A DNA stretch of 64,000 bases from Candidatus Bathyarchaeota archaeon (GTDB lineage: Archaea; Thermoproteota; Bathyarchaeia; Bathyarchaeales; Bathycorpusculaceae). The position numbers and the translations under genes were made by a program. The notes under the pieces were generated by a model. The model did no database searches. It was not told the DNA's origin and saw only the letters and a list, made by a program, of their open reading frames with translations. The stretch is taken from assembly GCA_963702095.1 (NCBI GenBank), contig OY969706.1, forward strand, positions 2,496,001 to 2,560,000, read 5' to 3'. Each line of letters opens with the position of its first letter. The first letter of the stretch is position 1. This document shows, piece by piece, positions 58,306 through 64,000 of the stretch.

Positions 58306-58362
58306 ATTGTTTCCCCCAATCAACGATAAGCCTATATTTTATACAGGCGAGTTGGTAGGTAT

Positions 58363-59211
58363 ATGTCGGCGATGAAAGCTATAAAAGTTTTCAGGGATTT
58401 ACTGTCCTTCTTAACCATCATCCCAGTGGGTGGAAAAGAAGACTTCATTTTCACCACAGCAAAGAACATGTGGCTTTTTCCCCTCATCGGCGGCTTCATG
58501 GGGCTACTCGGCGGCGCATACTTCATAGCTTCCAGCTGGGTGGTGAATTTTCTGCTCGGCTTAGCCAGCGCCTACGTGGCTTTGCCCACCTCATTGTTGG
58601 GAACAGCTATTCCGGCGGCGATGACCATTGCCTTTCTGCTGGTGTTGACTGGGCTGCAGCATTTTGACGGCTTAATCGATTTAGGCAACGCAGTCGGCAT
58701 CCGCAGTGAGCATGACCGCAACATGAAAGCACACGCGTGGACGGTGACCTATGCAGGTGCGGTATTGGCGATTGCCGTTGAATTGTTGGCGTTTATCGGG
58801 TTGTTTTTGGTTAATCCCTCAAACCTCTGGTTTGGGTTCTCAGCCATCGTTTTAGCAGAGGTCGCAGCGAAACTGTCCATGGTAACCATTGTGTGGGCTG
58901 GGAAGCCTTCGCACAAGGGGTTAGGCTCGATTTTCCTTGCTAAAGCCAAAAAGAACCTCAACGTAGTCGCCTACGTGTTCTCAGCACTAATCGCCCTATC
59001 AATCGTCTTTGTCACTGGGAGCATCATTTTGGGTTTAGCCTCAGTTGCTTTGGTGTTCGTTAGTGTTCCAGTTGCGTTTGTCATGAGAAAAGTGTCCAAC
59101 AGTGTCTTTGGCGGAGTCAGCGGCGACATGATTGGGGCAACCAACGAAACCGCAAGGGCGGTGACACTGGTGCTGTTTGCAGTGGTGCTTTGGGTGGTGG
59201 CTGCTGCATGA
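58363..59211 (+). CDS. cobS: Cobalamin synthase, paralog 2
   Basis: FLT, TGLQHFDGLIDLGN, GVSGDMIGATNE. Confidence 0.85.
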   Translation: MSAMKAIKVFRDLLSFLTIIPVGGKEDFIFTTAKNMWLFPLIGGFMGLLGGAYFIASSWVVNFLLGLASAYVALPTSLLGTAIPAAMTIAFLLVLTGLQHFDGLIDLGNAVGIRSEHDRNMKAHAWTVTYAGAVLAIAVELLAFIGLFLVNPSNLWFGFSAIVLAEVAAKLSMVTIVWAGKPSHKGLGSIFLAKAKKNLNVVAYVFSALIALSIVFVTGSIILGLASVALVFVSVPVAFVMRKVSNSVFGGVSGDMIGATNETARAVTLVLFAVVLWVVAAA

Positions 59212-59822
59212 AGATTCCCGCTTTGATTATGGCTGGCGGCAGAGGCAGCCGCATGGGGTTGCCCACTGAGAAGCCGATGCTGCCTTTTTTGGGTAAGCCG
59301 CTGCTGGATTGGGTAACCTCGGCAGTTTTGAGTGCAACCAAAATCTCAGAGTTCTACATAGTCACAAGCGCCAATACGCCGAAAACTGAGGCGCACTGTA
59401 AAGAGATGGGCTGGAAAACCGTACACACTGAAGCAAAAGGCTACCACGATGACCAAAAGCAGGCTATTCGCCAGTTGGGTTGGATGGGACCAGTGTTGAC
59501 CATGCCTTCGGATGTGCCTGCGATTACTGGACCAGTTTTGGACCGGGTGGTCGATGAGTTTGAGGCAAGTGGCAAAGACTTCCTTGCCGTGTTTGTCCCT
59601 ATCGAGAAGCGGCAGGAGTTGGGTCTGTCGATTTCCTCCACTGACGAGTACAAAGGCGTGTGGTATGCTGTGTCAGGCGTAAACGTGATAAACGGCGCAA
59701 AAACGTTGGGGGAAGGTAAAATTGAAACGGCAGCCATAATTACAGAGGACCCCCAGGTTATCTTAAACGTTAATACGACGAAGGATTTTGAGGTTGCTGA
59801 GCGTCTGATGGCGAAAAGTTGA
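59208..59822 (+). CDS. cobY: Adenosylcobinamide-phosphate guanylyltransferase, paralog 2
   Basis: MAGGRGSRM, EKPM, SDVP, GVNVI, NVNT; ATGA overlap with cobS. Confidence 0.82.
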   Translation: MKIPALIMAGGRGSRMGLPTEKPMLPFLGKPLLDWVTSAVLSATKISEFYIVTSANTPKTEAHCKEMGWKTVHTEAKGYHDDQKQAIRQLGWMGPVLTMPSDVPAITGPVLDRVVDEFEASGKDFLAVFVPIEKRQELGLSISSTDEYKGVWYAVSGVNVINGAKTLGEGKIETAAIITEDPQVILNVNTTKDFEVAERLMAKS

Positions 59823-59840
59823 GTTGTACTTAACCGCTGG

Positions 59841-59980
59841 TTTGTTTTTTTCTATAGTTGTTGTTGCCATGACCCCCTCTTTTTTCAACAACAACCAGCA
59901 GATTGTGGGAATGGTTGTGTTTTGGCTTTGGGCTTAGCTGATAGTTGCAGGTTGGTTGTGGAGCATTCTACAAGCAGTTC
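59841..59980 (+). repeat. Dispersed intergenic repeat family 1, copy D
   Basis: Perfect GTTGTTGTTG/CAACAACAAC stem, CAGCAGA, TTGCAGGTTGGTTGTGGAGCA and CAAGCAG. Confidence 0.85.
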
Positions 59981-60062
59981 TATTGCCATGTTGGGTGGTC
60001 ACCGCGACCTACCTCAAAGGTACCTCCTCTTACTAGAGGCAGAATTGTCAAAGAAAAGAAAG

Positions 60063-61462
60063 TTAAATGTACGCGGTCAGCCAGAGGTCTGCAGCTACAA
60101 ACACAGTGTCGCCCGCTTTGACTGGCGGCAGTACATAGTGGTCATAGTTTGTGCAGTCTATCAGGTTGCCCGCTTGCGCATTGAACTTCCAAAGCGACGT
60201 GTTCTCCGTCAAGAAAACAGTACCTCTGTTAACAACCAATCCCACGGGTGGATCGTAGAAAACGCCGCTGGCCTCCATCGGTGTAGACCAGAGCAAATTG
60301 CCGTTTGCCAAATCTAGGCTGCAGACGGTACCCGTGTAGGTATCATGCTTGTCACCGCTGTTGGTGCCAAGTTGGTGGGTGACGCCAAAGCTCCAGTACA
60401 AGCTGCCGTTATCAACCTGTATAGGATAAGTTGTGAGGGTTATGTTGCCGCCGTTGACTGTGGGTATGAGGTTTTGGCTGTCCACATTGGTTTTCCAGAG
60501 TTGAGTGCCATCTTGGAGGTTTAGGGCATAGAGGTTGCCATCAGAAGCCCCGAAATAAAGCACGTTGCCGCTGATTTTTGGCTGGTAGATGGATGCGTCC
60601 ACATCTTTGCTCCAAAGTTGGTTGCCTGAAGCTGTATCTAAGCTTAGGATTTGGTTGATGTTCTCTATAACTACTTGCCCGTTGTAGGTGCCTATTACGC
60701 TTACTTTGTTGGCGCTATTGCCGGGCCGGTTTCAGGGTAAACTATAGGAAAATCTGTTAGGGTGATGCTGCTGTTCCAGAGGAAGGTCTGGGTTTGGAAG
60801 TTGAATTTGCTGATATAGGGTTGCGAGAAGTTGCCTGATAAAACATAAACGTAGTTGCCTTCGAAGGGGTTTCCGCCAATGGGGTAAGCGCCAACCCACC
60901 ATGTGCTGAGGTCGGTGAGGTTTCCGAAGTTTGGAGGTTCCGGGTAGCCATATGGGCGTGAAGCCTGCCACAGAAAAGCTCCTGTCGTTATATCGTGAAC
61001 ACTGACGCCGCCATCAACCGAAGCAGCAACCTTATCACTAACAATGATTTCGTCGGGTGCATGTTTTACCCAGAGGTCAGTGTTTATGTCGCCCTCGAAG
61101 CTCCATTTAAACCGACCCGTAGCTTTATCTAAGCAGCCCACAGAAGCCATCGCGGTACCCCCGTACACTCTATTGTCAGTTACTATTAGCCCAGAGGAGA
61201 AGTACCATGCTTGTGCGCTTGAGTTCCAAGTTGAAGCACCTGTACCAGCGGAAAAAGCACTTACATAGCCAGAACTGTCGTCGGTGTATACCCCGTTTTG
61301 GTCTGCAGCTAAGCCAGTGGCGAAGTTTTCGAGGGGGCGCTGCCAACCCGTCTTTGAGCCGATGGGATTGAGAGAGATGTTTGCATAGATGACCAAAGAA
61401 GAAACCACAAGGACACCGATTGCTGCTATGATGAGGACCAGTTTGACTCGCCCATTCATCAA
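60063..61462 (-). CDS. PQQ-like beta-propeller protein with N-terminal anchor; 1-nt frameshift at ~60724
   Basis: Repeated (A/L)D-x2-TG-x3-W motifs in both ORFs; adding one base joins them without stops. Confidence 0.85.
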
Positions 61463-61661
61463 CGTTCACCTGTCGCCCCCCATTGTTGGCGTCGCTTAAA
61501 TGGTTTTGCCGATTAGCACAAGTAAGCATAGCAGTGGACTTTAGCGAAGTTGGATGCATGGGACAAGCTGAATGGGTTGAAAATATCAAGCCAGCACTGG
61601 TTAATAGACAGTTTAGAGAAATCTTTACATCCCTCACATCATCATTTAGGTATCAGACCGC

Positions 61662-63147
61662 TTGGAGGACACATCCGCAGTGAGCATCCTATCCCACGAC
61701 ACGTTTTGGAACGCAATCGTCACCATGCCGATGACCAAGCGGATGCTTCAACTCTCACTCAAAAAGTGTCCAGCTTGCGGCAGAACCGTTTTGGAAGCGG
61801 CGCTGGATGATTACGGCGGCAAAACAGACCATAAATGCGACAAATGCAGAGGATTGTACTCGCAAATCATCGCTTTTTGGATAGAGTTCCTGCGCCGGGC
61901 GCTTGGGTTTAAGCGGGCTAAAGTCGAGAAGCTCCTATCTGACCGCTATGCTCGCAACGCCGTCCTTAACCTCGTCGAGTCGTTCGAATACTTTGGCATC
62001 AAGAAGCCTATGTCACTGGTTGCCCCGTTTCTTGTAGTTTGGGATTTCACCCACAAATGCAACCTCCGCTGTAAGCACTGCTACAGCAACAGCGGCGAAC
62101 CCGACGAAGGCGAATTAACCACCGAGCAGGCGCTAAACGTCGTTGACCAGTTGGCGGATGCGCATGTGACGGCGTTGGCGTTTAGTGGCGGTGAACCCTT
62201 AACCCGCAAAGATTTCTTCGCCGTTGCCAAGCATGCTTCTGACCGAGGACTGTATGTGTCGCTTGCCTCAAACGGCACCCTGCTCAACAGCGAAAACGTG
62301 CAGAAACTCAAAGAAGCTCACGTCAACTACATCGACATATCAATCGACGGCGCAACCGCCAAAACCCACGACGAATTCCGAGGAGTCCCAGGCGCCTACG
62401 ACCGCGCCGTTGCGGGGCTTAAGAAATGCATTGAAGCCGACATCTGCGCCTGCATCGCCACCACCGTGGGCAAAAATAACAGGGCAGAGCTCCCCGGCAT
62501 CATCGACTTAGCCGAGGAGTTGCGGGTGGAGCGGTTTACTTACTTCAATTTCATCCCTGCTGGACGCGGCAAAGACTACGTTGACCAAGACCTCTCCGCT
62601 CAAGAACGCGAAGACGTCATGCACTACCTTCTCAATCGCATGTCGGCTGGCTGCAAAACCACAATCTTAGCCACGGCGCCCCAACTGGCACGCGTAGCCG
62701 CACAATGCCAAGGCGACATGGGCACAGGCGAAGTCACAATGGCACTGGCGCACATGCAAACCGTCAAAGTCACCAAAAAAGCCGTGCCACTGGGAGAATT
62801 CATCGGCGGTTGCGGAGCGGGCAGGCTCTACTGCGCCATCTGCCCACAAGGCGACGTGCGCCCCTGTGTATTCCTCCCCGTCAACGTGGGCAACCTCAAA
62901 AAGCGAACATTCGAAGACATCTGGCTTAACCGCCCCACTGTTTAACGCTTTCCGAAACCGAGCCAACCTCAAAGGCAGCTGCAGCAAATGCCAATACAAG
63001 TATATCTGCGGCGGTTGCCGAGCACGTTCAGCGGCTTACCACAACGGCGACACCTTAAACGGCGATCCAGGCTGCCTTAAACGGAGTGAAAATAGCAAAT
63101 GGCAGCTAATCCCACCGTTAAGATTAGCCGTGCAGGCGAAGACGTAA
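61662..63147 (+). CDS. Radical SAM/SPASM protein with N-terminal 2xCxxC extension; 1-nt frameshift at ~62930
   Basis: CNLRCKHC, FSGGEP, GCGAG...PC; SPASM CSKC...ICGGCRAR...DPGC lies in the shifted frame. Confidence 0.88.
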
Positions 63148-64000
63148 GCGACATCATAAAAGAAGCCGTCGCAAAGGCTAATCTCGCGTGGCAAAAAACG
63201 CATCTTCATAAAACCCAACCTCAGCCACCCTGAATACCTCCCAGGCGTAGTCACCAGCCCCGAAGTCATGCAACAAGTCGTGGAGCTACTGCGGGACTGC
63301 AACAGCGAAGTGGTTGTGGGCGAATCTAACGGTTTCAACTATCCCTGCTGGACCGCGTTTGATAAAACGGGCGTGCAGAAAGCCGTTGAAGCCGCAGGTG
63401 GAGTCGCAGTCAACCTCTCTGAGGACAAGGTGGTTGAAGTCAAGTTCCCAGACGGCTGCCCACTCAAAAGGCTCTACCTCCCCAAAACCGTGCTGGACGC
63501 CGACGCCGTCGTCGATTTACCCCTGATGAAAACCCATGAGTTTATGGCTTACAGCGGCGCCATCAAAAACCTCTTCGGCTGCGTTCCCAGCAACAAACGC
63601 ATCTACTTGCATCCGTATTTGCCAGAGGTGTTCTACCGTCTCTACACACTGTTTAAGCCTGCCCTGACGATCATGGATGCACGCATAGGCATTGAGGGCA
63701 ACGGACCCACCAAAGGCAAACCAGTCAAAATGGACCTATTCCTCACAGGCAACGACGCCTTAGCAGTCGACATAGTCGCCGCAGAAGCTATGATGCTTGA
63801 TTGGCAGAAAACCTACCTCAAATACATCGCCGACAAAACAGGCTTCGATGGCGACAACATCGCAGTGGAGGGCTTGCAGGTGGCTGAAGTTGCACACCGC
63901 TTTGAACCTCCCCGCATCGACCTGCCCGTTAAAGCGCAGATGATGATTTACCAGCATGAATTCCTAACAAAATTCTTCTTCTGCTCCCTCGACATCGTGC
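63099..64000 (+). CDS. DUF362 domain protein, 3'-truncated by the window; 1-nt frameshift at ~63188
   Basis: Not in the ORF track. Manual translation gives IFIKPNL, VVTSP, VGES, LPLMKTH, GAIKNLFGC and GNGP. Confidence 0.85.

Noticed and set aside
2341-59980. Repeat family 1 as a CRISPR array or classical IS/MITE
   Set aside because: Copies are kilobases apart, with no cas or transposase gene, terminal inverted repeats or target duplications visible.

Overview
Archaeal chromosomal window, most likely Bathyarchaeia (inferred from gene content, not proven). It holds about 65 CDS and no rRNA, tRNA, CRISPR array or transposase that I can see. Housekeeping genes include polB, topA, radB, xpd, nth, nfo, thermosome, pfdB, sua5 and an ECF module. 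Also present are N-glycosylation genes (aglH, aglB and an OST3/DC2-like subunit), ether-lipid genes (carS, DGGGP synthase, tetraether synthase, a possible GMGT-synthase-like radical SAM), duplicated cobamide nucleotide-loop genes, a bacterial-type stress/storage island, and several surface proteins. At least seven conserved genes carry single-base frameshifts, which points to assembly indel errors. The main unexplained signals are: (1) a four-copy ~140-bp intergenic element with a stem-swapped hairpin and a fixed-length 16-nt variable window; (2) a second two-copy ~175-bp element; (3) a duplicated palindromic operator; (4) eukaryote-like DC2/OST3 and PAC4 proteins. All alignments and family calls were made by eye.
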